Positions 1 through 9,404 of a DNA stretch of 27,015 bases are shown in pieces. The position numbers were made by a program, and so were the translations under genes. Where the stretch lies: positions 1 to 27,015 of the forward strand of contig JBJHDK010000031.1 in NCBI GenBank assembly GCA_050486505.1, given 5' to 3'. Within the stretch, counting starts at the first letter, position 1; each line of letters starts with the position of its first letter. The notes under the pieces were generated by a model, which saw nothing but the letters and a program-made list of their open reading frames with translations, was not told the origin of the DNA and made no database searches. This DNA is from Fibrobacteria bacterium. Its GTDB lineage: Bacteria; Fibrobacterota; Fibrobacteria; UBA11236.

Positions 1-222
1 CCTCGCAAGAAGTCTGCCCGCATGGTGGAGAAGGTGTTGAAGTCGGCCGTGGCAAACTGGCAGGTCAAGCAGGATGGCGGTACCCGGGGCAAGGTCCTCG
101 TCGTCAAATCCGTCACCGTGGATGCCGGCCCTCTGGTCAAGCGCATTCGCCCCCGCGCGCAAGGTCGCGCGTTCAGAATCGAGAAAAAGCTCAGTCATCT
201 CACCGTCGTGGTGTCGGACTAG
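1..222 (+). CDS. rplV: 50S ribosomal protein L22 (5'-truncated by window edge)
   Basis: Frame is open from base 1. KVLKSAVAN and [25 protein letters not shown] are L22 motifs; gene lies directly upstream of rpsC. Confidence 0.97.
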   Translation, partial: PRKKSARMVEKVLKSAVANWQVKQDGGTRGKVLVVKSVTVDAGPLVKRIRPRAQGRAFRIEKKLSHLTVVVSD

Positions 223-234
223 CGGAGGTATAGA

Positions 235-906
235 GTGGGACAGAAAACACATCCCATCGGATTCCGGCTCGGCGTTGTCAAGCAGTGGAATTCACGGTGG
301 TACGCAGAAAAGAACTTCGCGGATCTCCTCTATGAGGACATGATGATCCGTCGCTACCTTCGCAAGCGTCTGGCTCATGCCAGCCTTTCCAACGTGGGAA
401 TCGAGCGTACGGTGCGCGAAGTGACGATCAACCTCTTCACCGCACGGCCCGGCGTCGTGATCGGAAAGAAGGGCGAGGAAGTCGAACGTTTGCGCGGCGA
501 GATGCAGCACCTGACCGGGAAGCAGATCTACATCAACATTCGTGAGATCAAGCGGCCCGAAGTCGATGCCCAGCTCGTGGGTGAGAATATCGCGCGCCAG
601 CTTGAGAAGCGTGTCGCCTTCCGCCGCGCGATGAAGAAGGCAGTGGCATCGGCAATGCGCCTTGGTGCCCAGGGAATCAAGATTACCTGCAGTGGCCGCC
701 TCGGCGGTGCGGAGATCGCACGCGTGGAGAAATCCCGTGATGGCCGGATCCCCCTGCAGACGCTGCGCGCCGACATCGATTACGCGACATCGCGTGCCGA
801 GACGACGTTCGGCACCATCGGTATCAAGGTCTGGATCTTCAAGGGTGAAATTCTCAAGAAAGACGCCATGAGTCTCCAGCAAGATGAAGAAAGGACGCGG
901 TCCTGA
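235..906 (+). CDS. rpsC: 30S ribosomal protein S3
   Basis: [14 protein letters not shown]-terminus; [21 protein letters not shown] and GIKVWIF motifs. GTG start with GGAGG RBS. Confidence 0.99.
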   Translation: MGQKTHPIGFRLGVVKQWNSRWYAEKNFADLLYEDMMIRRYLRKRLAHASLSNVGIERTVREVTINLFTARPGVVIGKKGEEVERLRGEMQHLTGKQIYINIREIKRPEVDAQLVGENIARQLEKRVAFRRAMKKAVASAMRLGAQGIKITCSGRLGGAEIARVEKSRDGRIPLQTLRADIDYATSRAETTFGTIGIKVWIFKGEILKKDAMSLQQDEERTRS

Positions 907-1322
907 TGCTTAGCCCCAAGAAGGTGAAGTGGCGCAAGGTCCAAAAGGGCAAGATGAAGGGAACCGCTCCGCGCGGCACCAGCCTTGCCTTTGGTGAGTT
1001 CGGAATTCAGGCACTTGAGTCGGCCTGGATCACCAATCGTCAGATCGAGGCCGCCCGTATTGCGATGACTCGCAAAATCAAGCGCGGCGGACAGGTATGG
1101 ATCCGCGTTTATCCCGACAAGCCCTACACCAAGAAGCCTGCGGAAACCCGCCAGGGATCCGGTAAGGGAAATGTCGAGGGGTGGGTTGCCGTGGCTCTTG
1201 CAGGGCGCATTCTCTTCGAAATGGGCGGCGTTGACCGCGCGCTTGCGGTGGAAGCATTGAATGTCGCCGCGCAAAAGCTGCCCCTGAAGTGCAAAATTGT
1301 GGAGGTTGAGGCAAATGGTTAA
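906..1322 (+). CDS. rplP: 50S ribosomal protein L16
   Basis: [27 protein letters not shown] and GSGKG motifs; TGATG overlap with rpsC. Confidence 0.99.
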   Translation: MLSPKKVKWRKVQKGKMKGTAPRGTSLAFGEFGIQALESAWITNRQIEAARIAMTRKIKRGGQVWIRVYPDKPYTKKPAETRQGSGKGNVEGWVAVALAGRILFEMGGVDRALAVEALNVAAQKLPLKCKIVEVEANG

Positions 1323-1512
1323 GGCTTCTGAATACCGGGACATGAGTCCCGAGGCTCTCGCGGCGAAAGTGAGCGAGATGGAGTCGCAGCTTTTCAACAG
1401 CCGCATGCAAGCCAGCATGGGAAAGCTGGAGAATACGGCGTCGCTGCGCACACTTCGCAAGGACATTGCACGGGCCCGCACGGTGCTGGCCGAAAAGGGG
1501 AACAAGGCCTGA
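1315..1512 (+). CDS. rpmC: 50S ribosomal protein L29
   Basis: MVKASEYR...[24 protein letters not shown] at 1315 after GAGG; canonical position. Confidence 0.96.
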   Translation: MVKASEYRDMSPEALAAKVSEMESQLFNSRMQASMGKLENTASLRTLRKDIARARTVLAEKGNKA

Positions 1513-1528
1513 GGCCTTGGAGAGGATT

Positions 1529-1786
1529 ATGGAACGGATCAACAGACGCAAGGTGCGCACGGGCATCGTGTTGAGCGACAAGATGGACAAAACCATCACT
1601 GTCGCCACCATCAACCGCAAGTCGCACCCGTTGTACGGAAAGACCGTGCACACGACAGTAAAGTTCAAGGCGCACGACGAGAACAACGAGGCGCATGAGG
1701 GGGATACCGTGGAAATCGCGGAAACCCGCAGGATGAGCAAAGACAAGCGCTGGCGCCTTATTCGCGTCGTCGAGAAGAAGAAGTAG
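1529..1786 (+). CDS. rpsQ: 30S ribosomal protein S17
   Basis: [27 protein letters not shown] and SKDKRWRL motifs; ATG at 1529 after GAGAGG. Confidence 0.98.
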   Translation: MERINRRKVRTGIVLSDKMDKTITVATINRKSHPLYGKTVHTTVKFKAHDENNEAHEGDTVEIAETRRMSKDKRWRLIRVVEKKK

Positions 1787-1798
1787 GCGGAGGCGGAG

Positions 1799-2167
1799 AT
1801 GATTCAGCAGCAGACACGGCTTAACGTGGCCGATAACTCCGGCGCGAAGAAAGTAATGTGCATCAAGGTGCTCGGCGGAACCCGCCGTCGTTATGCATCG
1901 ATTGGTGATATCATCGTGGTGTCCGTCAAGGATGCTGCCCCGGCCGGCGCCGTCAAAAGCGGCAGTGTGCAGCGCGCGGTGGTTGTTCGCACGATCCGCG
2001 AAGTGAAGAGGAAGGATGGCTCCTCGATTCGTTTCGGGGAGAATGCCGTTGTCATTATCAATGATGCCAAGGAGCCCAAGGGTTCGCGCATCTTCGGCCC
2101 TGTCGCACGCGAGCTGCGCGAGCGTCAGTTCATGAAGATCGTTTCCCTTGCGCCGGAGGTGGTGTAA
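1799..2167 (+). CDS. rplN: 50S ribosomal protein L14
   Basis: [17 protein letters not shown]...[11 protein letters not shown]...[10 protein letters not shown]. Confidence 0.99.
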   Translation: MIQQQTRLNVADNSGAKKVMCIKVLGGTRRRYASIGDIIVVSVKDAAPAGAVKSGSVQRAVVVRTIREVKRKDGSSIRFGENAVVIINDAKEPKGSRIFGPVARELRERQFMKIVSLAPEVV

Positions 2168-2168
2168 C

Positions 2169-2483
2169 GTGGGCCTGAATCTGAAGAAAAACGACACAGT
2201 CAAGGTGATCTCGGGCAAGGCTCGAGGCAAGACCGGCAAGATCCTCCGCGTGCTGACCGACAAGTCGCGCGTTCTCGTTGAGGGTGTCAACTTGGTCAAA
2301 AAGCACCAGAAACCCAACCAACGTGACCAAAAGGGTGGGATCGTCGATCGGGAGGCTCCGATCCATGTTTCCAATCTGATGCTCGTCAGCTCTACTACGA
2401 ATGCGCCGATCAAGGTCGCGCGCCGTGAAATTGACGGCAAGCGTCTTCGTGTCGACAAAAAAACCGGAAAGGCCGTCGAGTAA
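2169..2483 (+). CDS. rplX: 50S ribosomal protein L24
   Basis: KOW motif [31 protein letters not shown] and [11 protein letters not shown] start at 2169 is inferred. Confidence 0.97.
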   Translation: MGLNLKKNDTVKVISGKARGKTGKILRVLTDKSRVLVEGVNLVKKHQKPNQRDQKGGIVDREAPIHVSNLMLVSSTTNAPIKVARREIDGKRLRVDKKTGKAVE

Positions 2484-2506
2484 GACGGGATGGATCGGAA
2501 CGGATC

Positions 2507-3046
2507 ATGCTGAAGCTCAAGGAAAAATACCGGAACGAAGTTGTGCCCGCCCTGGTCAAGGAGCTGGGATGCAGGAACCCGATGGAGGTTCCGCGACTCG
2601 AGAAAATCGTCCTGAACATGGGTGTGGGTGACGCCTCGGGAAACCAGCGCCTCATTGACGAGGCTGTTGGAAACCTTTCGGCCATCACCGGCCAGAAGGC
2701 CGTGGTGACCCGCGCGAAGAAGGCGATCTCGAATTTCAAGGTTCGCGAAAAGATGCCGATCGGCGCGAAGGTCACCCTCCACGGCGATCGCATGTGGGAG
2801 TTCCTTGAGCGGCTCATTACCATCGCCTTGCCGCGTGTCCGCGATTTCCGCGGTATTCCGCGCCGTGGCTTTGACGGGCGTGGAAACTACACCTTCGGGG
2901 TCAAGGAACAGATCATTTTCCTCGAGGTGAATTTCGACAAGATCAGCCAGGTCATGGGCATGGACGTTACGCTCGTAACCAGTGCCCGCGATGACGAAGG
3001 CGGCCGCGCATTGCTGCAGGCCTTGGGGATGCCGTTCCGCAAGTAA
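2507..3046 (+). CDS. rplE: 50S ribosomal protein L5
   Basis: [23 protein letters not shown] and LPRVRDFRG...FDGRGNY motifs. Confidence 0.99.
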   Translation: MLKLKEKYRNEVVPALVKELGCRNPMEVPRLEKIVLNMGVGDASGNQRLIDEAVGNLSAITGQKAVVTRAKKAISNFKVREKMPIGAKVTLHGDRMWEFLERLITIALPRVRDFRGIPRRGFDGRGNYTFGVKEQIIFLEVNFDKISQVMGMDVTLVTSARDDEGGRALLQALGMPFRK

Positions 3047-3074
3047 CCGCGGAATCGAGAACAAAGGAAAAAAA

Positions 3075-3260
3075 ATGGCCAAGCGTTCGATGATTGAAAA
3101 GCAAAAGCGAACCCCCAAGTTCAAGGTTCGCGCCTACAACCGCTGCCGTCGTTGCGGTCGGCCCCGCGCCTATATGGGCAAGTTCGGCGTTTGCCGCATC
3201 TGCTTCCGCGAGCTGGCATTGCAAGGGGATATCCCCGGAGTGACGAAGGCGTCCTGGTAG
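3075..3260 (+). CDS. rpsN: 30S ribosomal protein S14, short Zn-binding (type Z) form
   Basis: 61 aa, MAKRSMIEK...[11 protein letters not shown]...CRICFRELA...PGVTKASW; four Cys present. Confidence 0.98.
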   Translation: MAKRSMIEKQKRTPKFKVRAYNRCRRCGRPRAYMGKFGVCRICFRELALQGDIPGVTKASW

Positions 3261-3293
3261 GAACGTGGGAAGAAGAACAAAGGAAAAATTCAA

Positions 3294-3692
3294 ATGAGCG
3301 CAGTGAACGATCCCATCAGCGATATGCTTACCCGCATCCGCAACGCGGCCATGGTTGGCCATCGCGTTGTGGAAATGCCGGCGTCAAAGTTGCGTCGCGA
3401 AATCGCGAAAATTCTCGTCAGACAGAACTTCATCGAAAAGTTCGTGATCATTGAGGATGGCAAGCAGGGCTGGATGAAAATCCTCCTGCGTTACACCGAT
3501 GGCGTGCCGGCCATTCAGGGGCTTGTGCGCGTGAGTTCGCCTGGGCGTCGTTCGTACGCAAAGTCCGAGGGGCTTCCCAAAGTGAAAAACGGTCTCGGAA
3601 TTGCGATCGTCTCAACGTCCAAGGGCGTCTTGACGGATCATGAGTGCCGCACGCAGCACGTGGGCGGCGAAGTTTTGTGCAAGGTTTGGTAA
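3294..3692 (+). CDS. rpsH: 30S ribosomal protein S8
   Basis: DPISDMLTRIRNA, RVSSPGRRSY, GLGIAIVSTSKGV and VGGEVLCKVW motifs. Confidence 0.99.
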   Translation: MSAVNDPISDMLTRIRNAAMVGHRVVEMPASKLRREIAKILVRQNFIEKFVIIEDGKQGWMKILLRYTDGVPAIQGLVRVSSPGRRSYAKSEGLPKVKNGLGIAIVSTSKGVLTDHECRTQHVGGEVLCKVW

Positions 3693-3708
3693 GGCAGGGG
3701 AATCCAAC

Positions 3709-4242
3709 ATGTCCAGAGTAGGCAAATCGCCCATCAATGTGCCGGCCGGAGTCAAGGTCAGCATCCAAGGGCAGACGATTCAGGCGGAGGGGCCGAAAGG
3801 CAAGCACTCTTACACGGTGCATGAGCGCATTGCGATCGCGAAGGAAGGCGATGTGATCACCCTTCAGCGGAAATCCGAATCAAAAACTGATCGTGCGCTT
3901 CACGGGACCTCCCGTGCCATGGTCTTCAACGTGATTCACGGTGTCAGCAAAGGCTGGACGAAGGAACTCGAAATTCGTGGAGTCGGTTACCGCGGCGAAC
4001 AGAAGGGGCAGAGCATCAACCTGCTGCTCGGCTTCTCTCACCCCGTCGTCTTCACGCCCCCCAAGGGAATTGCCGTGAAGATGGACGGCAACCTGAAGAT
4101 CGTCGTCGAAGGCGTTGATCGTCAAATGGTCGGCCAGGTCGCCGCCACACTGCGGGGTTACCGCCCCCCCGAACCCTACAAGGGCAAGGGCGTGCGCTAC
4201 GTCAACGAGGTCGTCATTCAGAAGGAAGTCAAAAAGACCTAA
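3709..4242 (+). CDS. rplF: 50S ribosomal protein L6
   Basis: MSRVGKSPI, GVGYR, LGFSHPV and RPPEPYKGKGVRY motifs. Confidence 0.99.
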   Translation: MSRVGKSPINVPAGVKVSIQGQTIQAEGPKGKHSYTVHERIAIAKEGDVITLQRKSESKTDRALHGTSRAMVFNVIHGVSKGWTKELEIRGVGYRGEQKGQSINLLLGFSHPVVFTPPKGIAVKMDGNLKIVVEGVDRQMVGQVAATLRGYRPPEPYKGKGVRYVNEVVIQKEVKKT

Positions 4243-4304
4243 GGAGTCGGGTGGGGGCCTGATGGCCGACCCGCCCTCTCAGGGGAAAGACAAGGAACAG
4301 AACC

Positions 4305-4679
4305 ATGTTTGCCGACAAATCAAAAATCAGGCGCGAGACGCGCAATGCCCGCCACGAGCGGATCCGCAAGAAGACGTCGGGGACTGCCGAACGCCCCCGT
4401 TTCTGTGTGCGCCGCAGCCTCAACCACATGTATGCGCAGCTTGTCGACGACCAGACCGGTCGCTCCTTGCTGCAGGTTTCATCCTTGTCTCCCGAGATCC
4501 GTTCCATCGTCGCCGACAAGGCGAAGACCGATGTTTCTCGGGAAGTGGGAAAGTTGGTCGCCAAGCTTGCTCTTGGGCAAGGAATCAAATCCGTGGTGTT
4601 CGACCGCGGCGGTTATCTCTACCATGGTCGCGTGAAGGCCGTGGCTGAAGCAGCACGTGAGGCCGGCCTTGAATTTTAA
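4305..4679 (+). CDS. rplR: 50S ribosomal protein L18
   Basis: [16 protein letters not shown] and [28 protein letters not shown] motifs. Confidence 0.99.
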   Translation: MFADKSKIRRETRNARHERIRKKTSGTAERPRFCVRRSLNHMYAQLVDDQTGRSLLQVSSLSPEIRSIVADKAKTDVSREVGKLVAKLALGQGIKSVVFDRGGYLYHGRVKAVAEAAREAGLEF

Positions 4680-4695
4680 TCCGAGAGGTTCGACG

Positions 4696-5172
4696 GTGGA
4701 TACCGAGATCAAAACCGAATTCCAGGAAAAGGTTGTTGCGATCAATCGCTGCGCCAAGGTCGTCAAGGGCGGTCGCCGCTTCAGCTTCAATTCCATTGTC
4801 GTGGTCGGCAATGGCAATGGTCGGGTGGGCATCGGCTCCGGAAAGGCCAACGAGGTCGCCGAGGCGATCCGGAAGGCAACCGAGAACGCCCACAAGAATG
4901 TTGTGGACGTAACCCTTCGCAACCACACCATTCCTCACGAAGTCTATGCGACCTTTGGCGCCGCCAAAGTGTACCTCCGTCCCGCATCTCCCGGTACCGG
5001 AGTCATCGCCGGCGGTGCCTCGCGCGCCGTCCTCGAGCTTGCCGGAGTACACGACGTTTTGACGAAGAGCATCGGCTCCACCAACCCGCATAACGTGGTC
5101 AAGGCCACCCTGCAGGGGCTCACCCAACAGCGTTCGCGCAAGGAATTTGCTGCGTTGCGCCGGGCCCAGTAA
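4696..5172 (+). CDS. rpsE: 30S ribosomal protein S5
   Basis: [29 protein letters not shown] and [12 protein letters not shown] motifs; GTG at 4696 after GAGAGG. Confidence 0.98.
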   Translation: MDTEIKTEFQEKVVAINRCAKVVKGGRRFSFNSIVVVGNGNGRVGIGSGKANEVAEAIRKATENAHKNVVDVTLRNHTIPHEVYATFGAAKVYLRPASPGTGVIAGGASRAVLELAGVHDVLTKSIGSTNPHNVVKATLQGLTQQRSRKEFAALRRAQ

Positions 5173-5202
5173 CCAGGAAGCAGAGACACAGGGGAATATT
5201 CG

Positions 5203-5388
5203 ATGGATAGCGTGAAAATCACACAGGTGCGCAGCTCCGCGCGTTGCATTCAATCACAGATCCGCACCCTGAAGGCGCTGGGTCTACGCGGCATTCGCAA
5301 GAGCGTCGTGCAGAAGAAATCCCCCGCGCTGGACGGAATGATCCGCGTGGTTGCCCACCTCGTCAAGGTGGAGGAGGTCAAGTCGTGA
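5203..5388 (+). CDS. rpmD: 50S ribosomal protein L30
   Basis: VKITQVRS...TLKALGLR...GMIRVVAHLVKVEE; canonical position. Confidence 0.96.
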   Translation: MDSVKITQVRSSARCIQSQIRTLKALGLRGIRKSVVQKKSPALDGMIRVVAHLVKVEEVKS

Positions 5389-5819
5389 AGCTCAATCAGT
5401 TGCGCGCGCCCAAGGGCGCGATGAAGAAACGGTTCAAGGTCGGGCGTGGTCCGGCTTCGGGACTTGGCAAGACCAGTGGTCGCGGGCAGAAGGGCGCGGG
5501 AGCCCGCAAGAGCTCGGGTCAGCGTGGAGGATTCGAGGGCGGCCAGAATCCCTTTCAGCGTCGCGTTCCCAAGCGCGGATTCAACTCGCACTTTGCCGAG
5601 GTCGAAATCGTCAATATCGGGGCCCTCGACAAGCGCTTTACCGGTACGGTGACCCCCGCCGACATGGCTCTGGCCGGGCTCATCAGCGGCAAGGATCTTG
5701 AAGTGAAGGTGTTGGGCAACGGCAAGGTGACCAAAGCCCTGCACGTCAAGGCCAACAGGTTCAGCGCTACGGCCAAGGCGGCGATCGAAGCCGCCGGGGG
5801 CAAGGCAGAGGTGATCTGA
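5385..5819 (+). CDS. rplO: 50S ribosomal protein L15
   Basis: VGRGPASGLGKTSGRGQKG and FEGGQNP..RRVPKRGF motifs; GTGA overlap with rpmD. Confidence 0.98.
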   Translation: MKLNQLRAPKGAMKKRFKVGRGPASGLGKTSGRGQKGAGARKSSGQRGGFEGGQNPFQRRVPKRGFNSHFAEVEIVNIGALDKRFTGTVTPADMALAGLISGKDLEVKVLGNGKVTKALHVKANRFSATAKAAIEAAGGKAEVI

Positions 5820-5820
5820 C

Positions 5821-7149
5821 GTGCAGGCGTTGCAAGGGTTCTTCAATATCTTCCGGATCAAGGAACTCCGTGACCGGATTTTCTTCGCTCTCGGCATCCT
5901 CGCGGTGTACCGGGTGGGTGGCTACGTTCCCCTCCCGGGAATCAACAGCAACGCCATTGCGGATTTTTTCAGCGGGGCGAGCAATAACCTCTTCGGGTTG
6001 TACAATACCTTCGTGGGCGGCGCCCTCGAGCGCGCCTCCGTGTTTTCGCTGGGCATCATGCCTTACATCTCGGCCTCCATCATCATCCAGATCATGGGAG
6101 CTGTCATCCCCAGTGTCCAGGCGCTGCAGAAGCAGGGGCAGGAGGGACGCGCCAAGCTCAGCCAGTGGACGCGCTACCTGACGATGACCTTGAGCTTTTT
6201 TCAGGGGCTTGGAATCGGCAATTGGCTCTACAGCCAAGCCACCTCGACGGGGCAAAGCCTGGTTCTCGCCGGAACAGGTCGCACTGGCTTTGTTCTGCTG
6301 ACGGCATTGACCCTGACCGCAGGTACGATGTTCATCGTGTGGCTGGGTGAGCAGATCACCTCTCGCGGCATCGGCAACGGGATCTCACTGATCATTTTCA
6401 TCGGCATCATGGCCGAGATGCCACGCGCTGTGTTCGCAGAGTCCGAACTGGTGCTTTCCGGTGAGCGCAGCATTCCAATGCTGGTCGCCATTTTGGCCCT
6501 TGTGCTCGCCGTGGTGGTTTTCATCGTCTTCGTCGACCAAGGGACGCGGCGCATTCCCCTGCAGAGTCCCAAGCGGGTGGTCGGCCGCAAGGTCATGGCA
6601 GGTTCCAACAGCTTCCTCCCGTTCAAGGTGAACACCGCCGGCGTCATGCCCGTGATCTTTGCATCCGCGATCCTGTTCGTGCCGATGCAAATCGCAACCT
6701 GGATGCCGAACTGGAGCGCCGCACAAAGCTTCGGAGCCGCCTTTTTGCCCGGACATTGGGTCTATTCCGTGACGTTCGCGGTGACAATCATCTTCTTCGC
6801 GTACTTCTACACTGCGATCATCTATAACCCGAAGGATATCGCCGAGAACCTCAAGAAGTCCGGTGGATTCATCCCGGGCGTCCGTCCCGGACGTCGTACG
6901 GCCGAGTTCATCGACCAGATCCTGACTCGTGTGGTGCTTCCCGGTGCGATTTTCCTCGCGGTCATCAGCGTTGTGCCTCTGCACCTGAAAGATGCGCTGA
7001 ACATGACGTTCTACATCGGAGGCACCTCCGTGCTGATTGCCGTGGGTGTTTCGCTCGATACGCTGCGTCAGTTTCAGACGCACCTGCAAAATCAGCATTA
7101 CGATGGATTTTTGCGTCGCGGAAAAATTCGCGGCAGGCGGGGATTTTGA
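5821..7149 (+). CDS. secY: Preprotein translocase subunit SecY
   Basis: SVFSLGIMPYISASIIIQ, WLGEQITSRGIGNGISLIIF, AGVMPVIFAS, GGFIPGVRPG and GGTSVLIAVGV motifs. Confidence 0.99.
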   Translation: MQALQGFFNIFRIKELRDRIFFALGILAVYRVGGYVPLPGINSNAIADFFSGASNNLFGLYNTFVGGALERASVFSLGIMPYISASIIIQIMGAVIPSVQALQKQGQEGRAKLSQWTRYLTMTLSFFQGLGIGNWLYSQATSTGQSLVLAGTGRTGFVLLTALTLTAGTMFIVWLGEQITSRGIGNGISLIIFIGIMAEMPRAVFAESELVLSGERSIPMLVAILALVLAVVVFIVFVDQGTRRIPLQSPKRVVGRKVMAGSNSFLPFKVNTAGVMPVIFASAILFVPMQIATWMPNWSAAQSFGAAFLPGHWVYSVTFAVTIIFFAYFYTAIIYNPKDIAENLKKSGGFIPGVRPGRRTAEFIDQILTRVVLPGAIFLAVISVVPLHLKDALNMTFYIGGTSVLIAVGVSLDTLRQFQTHLQNQHYDGFLRRGKIRGRRGF

Positions 7150-7368
7150 GTGTCTAAACAGGACGGGATTCAGGTCGAGGGACGTGTCATTGAGGCTCTT
7201 CCGAACGCAATGTTCAAGGTTGAGCTTGACAACGGGCACGTCATTTTGGCACACATTAGCGGTAAAATGAGGAAAAACTACATCCGCATTTTACCGAATG
7301 ACCGCGTGTTGCTAGAATTGTCCCCCTACGATCTGACCCGAGGTCGCATCACTTACCGGCATAAATGA
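7150..7368 (+). CDS. infA: Translation initiation factor IF-1
   Basis: [51 protein letters not shown]; start abuts the secY stop codon. Confidence 0.99.
   Translation: MSKQDGIQVEGRVIEALPNAMFKVELDNGHVILAHISGKMRKNYIRILPNDRVLLELSPYDLTRGRITYRHK
7290..7318 (+). promoter_or_regulatory. Candidate sigma70 promoter inside infA
   Basis: TTTACC (7290-7295), 17 bp spacer, TAGAAT (7313-7318) with an extended -10 TG at 7310-7311; the region is locally AT-rich. Confidence 0.35.
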
Positions 7369-7387
7369 CAAAGGGTTGGAGATCATC

Positions 7388-7504
7388 ATGAAAGTCCGAG
7401 CATCCGTAAAGCCACGCTGTGAGAGCTGCAAGGTGGTGCGCCGTAAAGGCGTGGTGCGAGTTATCTGCAAAAAGAACCCGCGGCACAAGCAGCGGCAGGG
7501 ATAG
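7388..7504 (+). CDS. rpmJ: 50S ribosomal protein L36 (not in ORF track, <60 aa)
   Basis: Hand translation gives [38 protein letters not shown]. Confidence 0.98.
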   Translation: MKVRASVKPRCESCKVVRRKGVVRVICKKNPRHKQRQG

Positions 7505-7513
7505 GAGTAAATT

Positions 7514-7882
7514 GTGGCACGCATTGCTGGCGTTGACATTCCGAACAACAAGAGGAGCGAAATCGCCCTCACGTACATCTACGGCATCGGGCGCGTGAAC
7601 GCCCTTGCAATTCTGAAGAAGGCCGGGATCGACCCCGCGACCAAGGCGGGCGATCTGACGGACGAGGACATCGGCAAGCTGCGTCGAGTGATCGAGTCCG
7701 GTTACCAGGTCGAGGGTGACCTGCGCGCCCAGGTTTCGATCAACATCAAGCGTTTGGTCGACATCGGCTGCTATCGCGGTCTCCGACACCGCAAGGGATT
7801 GCCCGTCCGTGGTCAGCGCACCAAGACCAATGCCCGCACGCGCAAGGGCCCGCGCAAGACCATCGCAAACAAGAAGAAGTAA
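7514..7882 (+). CDS. rpsM: 30S ribosomal protein S13
   Basis: [19 protein letters not shown] and [26 protein letters not shown] motifs. Confidence 0.99.
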   Translation: MARIAGVDIPNNKRSEIALTYIYGIGRVNALAILKKAGIDPATKAGDLTDEDIGKLRRVIESGYQVEGDLRAQVSINIKRLVDIGCYRGLRHRKGLPVRGQRTKTNARTRKGPRKTIANKKK

Positions 7883-7909
7883 CGCAACGTTAGCCAAGGA
7901 AATTCTGGA

Positions 7910-8353
7910 ATGGCAGAAGTGACAGAAAAGGCAGCGACCCCCGAGGCTGAAGCCCCGGCAAAGGACGCGGATGCCAAGATCAAGGTCAAGAAGGGCAAGC
8001 GCAAGGCCGACCTGCAGGGTCTTTGCACCGTGCGCGCAACCTTTAACAACACGATCGTGTCGATCAGCGACGCTCGCGGAAACGTGGTGTCTTGGGGTTC
8101 CCCCGGCAAGGTCGGCTTCAAGGGTTCGCGCAAGAGCACCCCGTTCGCCGCGCAGGTGGCCGCAGAGTCCGCCGCGACGGCGGCCTATGAAATGGGCATG
8201 CGCAAGCTTGAAGTTCGCGTGAAGGGTGCAGGCGCAGGCCGCGAGTCCGCAGTGCGCGCGCTCAAGGCGGCGGGCATGGACATTCTCTCGATCCGCGACG
8301 TGACCGGCGTGCCTCACAACGGCTGCCGTCCCAAGAAGCGCCGTCGCGTTTGA
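7910..8353 (+). CDS. rpsK: 30S ribosomal protein S11 with N-terminal extension
   Basis: [26 protein letters not shown] and [18 protein letters not shown] motifs. Confidence 0.99.
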   Translation: MAEVTEKAATPEAEAPAKDADAKIKVKKGKRKADLQGLCTVRATFNNTIVSISDARGNVVSWGSPGKVGFKGSRKSTPFAAQVAAESAATAAYEMGMRKLEVRVKGAGAGRESAVRALKAAGMDILSIRDVTGVPHNGCRPKKRRRV

Positions 8354-8381
8354 TCGGAACTATCAAAAAGGAAATGAAACG

Positions 8382-9356
8382 ATGAAGTGGAAAGCGTTGC
8401 ACATGCCGAAGGGCATCGTGAAGGAAAAAGGCGAGGCGAAGTACGGGAAGTTCGTCGTTGAGCCTCTGGAGCGTGGATGGGGTCTTACCCTCGGAAACGC
8501 CCTGCGTCGCGTGCTGCTCTCCAGCCTGCAAGGGGCTGCCGTGGTGTCCGCTCGCATCGAGGGGGCCAGCCACGAGTTCTCCACGCTGGAAGGTGTCAAG
8601 GAGGACGTTGCCGAGATTATCCTGAACCTGAAGAAACTGCGGGTAAAGCTGCTGTCCGATGATGACGCGACGCTGCGTATCGACGTTTCGGGCGAGGGCG
8701 AAGTCCGTGCAGAGCATATCGAGGGCAATCCTGCGGTCAAGGTGCTCAATCCCGAGCTCCACATTGCGACCTTGGGCAAGGGCGGGAGCCTTTCCATCGA
8801 GATGCGGGTTTCCGACGGACGTGGCTACGTGCCGGCCGAGGAGCTGAAGCGTGAAGATGATCCCGTGGGCGTGATCGCCATGGACGCGGACTTCAGCCCC
8901 GTTTCGAAGGTTTCTTATGAAGTGTCCGACACCCGCGTGGGCCAGCGGACCGACTTCAACCGACTCGAGATCGACATCTGGACCGATGGAAGCATCGAGC
9001 CCGAGGATGCGCTCGCCTACGCATCGAAGCTTCTCGTCGACCACATTGAGATCCTGATCAACTTCGAGGGTGACCTCGAAATTGCAGATGAATCCGTGCG
9101 GGACGAAGAGCGTGATCGCGTGAAGCAGCTGCTCAAGATGCGTGTCGACGAGCTTGAACTCTCCGTGCGCTCAAGCAACTGCCTGCGCTGCGCCAACATC
9201 CACACCCTCGCCGACCTGGTTCGCAACCAGGAAGCCGAGATGCTCAAGTACAAGAACTTCGGGCGCAAGTCTCTCGTCGAACTGAACGAAGTGCTGACCA
9301 ACATGGGTCTGCGCTTTGGCATGGACGTGGACTTCTACCTCGGGGACGACCAATAA
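8382..9356 (+). CDS. rpoA: DNA-directed RNA polymerase subunit alpha
   Basis: EPLERGWGLTLGNALRRVLLSS, HEFSTLEGVKEDV, ELELSVRSSNCL and KNFGRKSL motifs. Confidence 0.99.
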   Translation: MKWKALHMPKGIVKEKGEAKYGKFVVEPLERGWGLTLGNALRRVLLSSLQGAAVVSARIEGASHEFSTLEGVKEDVAEIILNLKKLRVKLLSDDDATLRIDVSGEGEVRAEHIEGNPAVKVLNPELHIATLGKGGSLSIEMRVSDGRGYVPAEELKREDDPVGVIAMDADFSPVSKVSYEVSDTRVGQRTDFNRLEIDIWTDGSIEPEDALAYASKLLVDHIEILINFEGDLEIADESVRDEERDRVKQLLKMRVDELELSVRSSNCLRCANIHTLADLVRNQEAEMLKYKNFGRKSLVELNEVLTNMGLRFGMDVDFYLGDDQ

Positions 9357-9404
9357 GGCAAACTCCCGGAACCATTTCGGGAGCTTCCATCAAGGAAAGA
9401 AAAA

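Noticed and set aside
1394..3124. 576 aa minus-strand ORF spanning several ribosomal genes
   Set aside because: Antisense to unambiguous ribosomal protein genes, with no domain signal.
4243..4285. Imperfect GC-rich hairpin between rplF and rplR
   Set aside because: Mismatched stem, no U-tract and no recognisable family; it could be a processing site, but there is no support for that.
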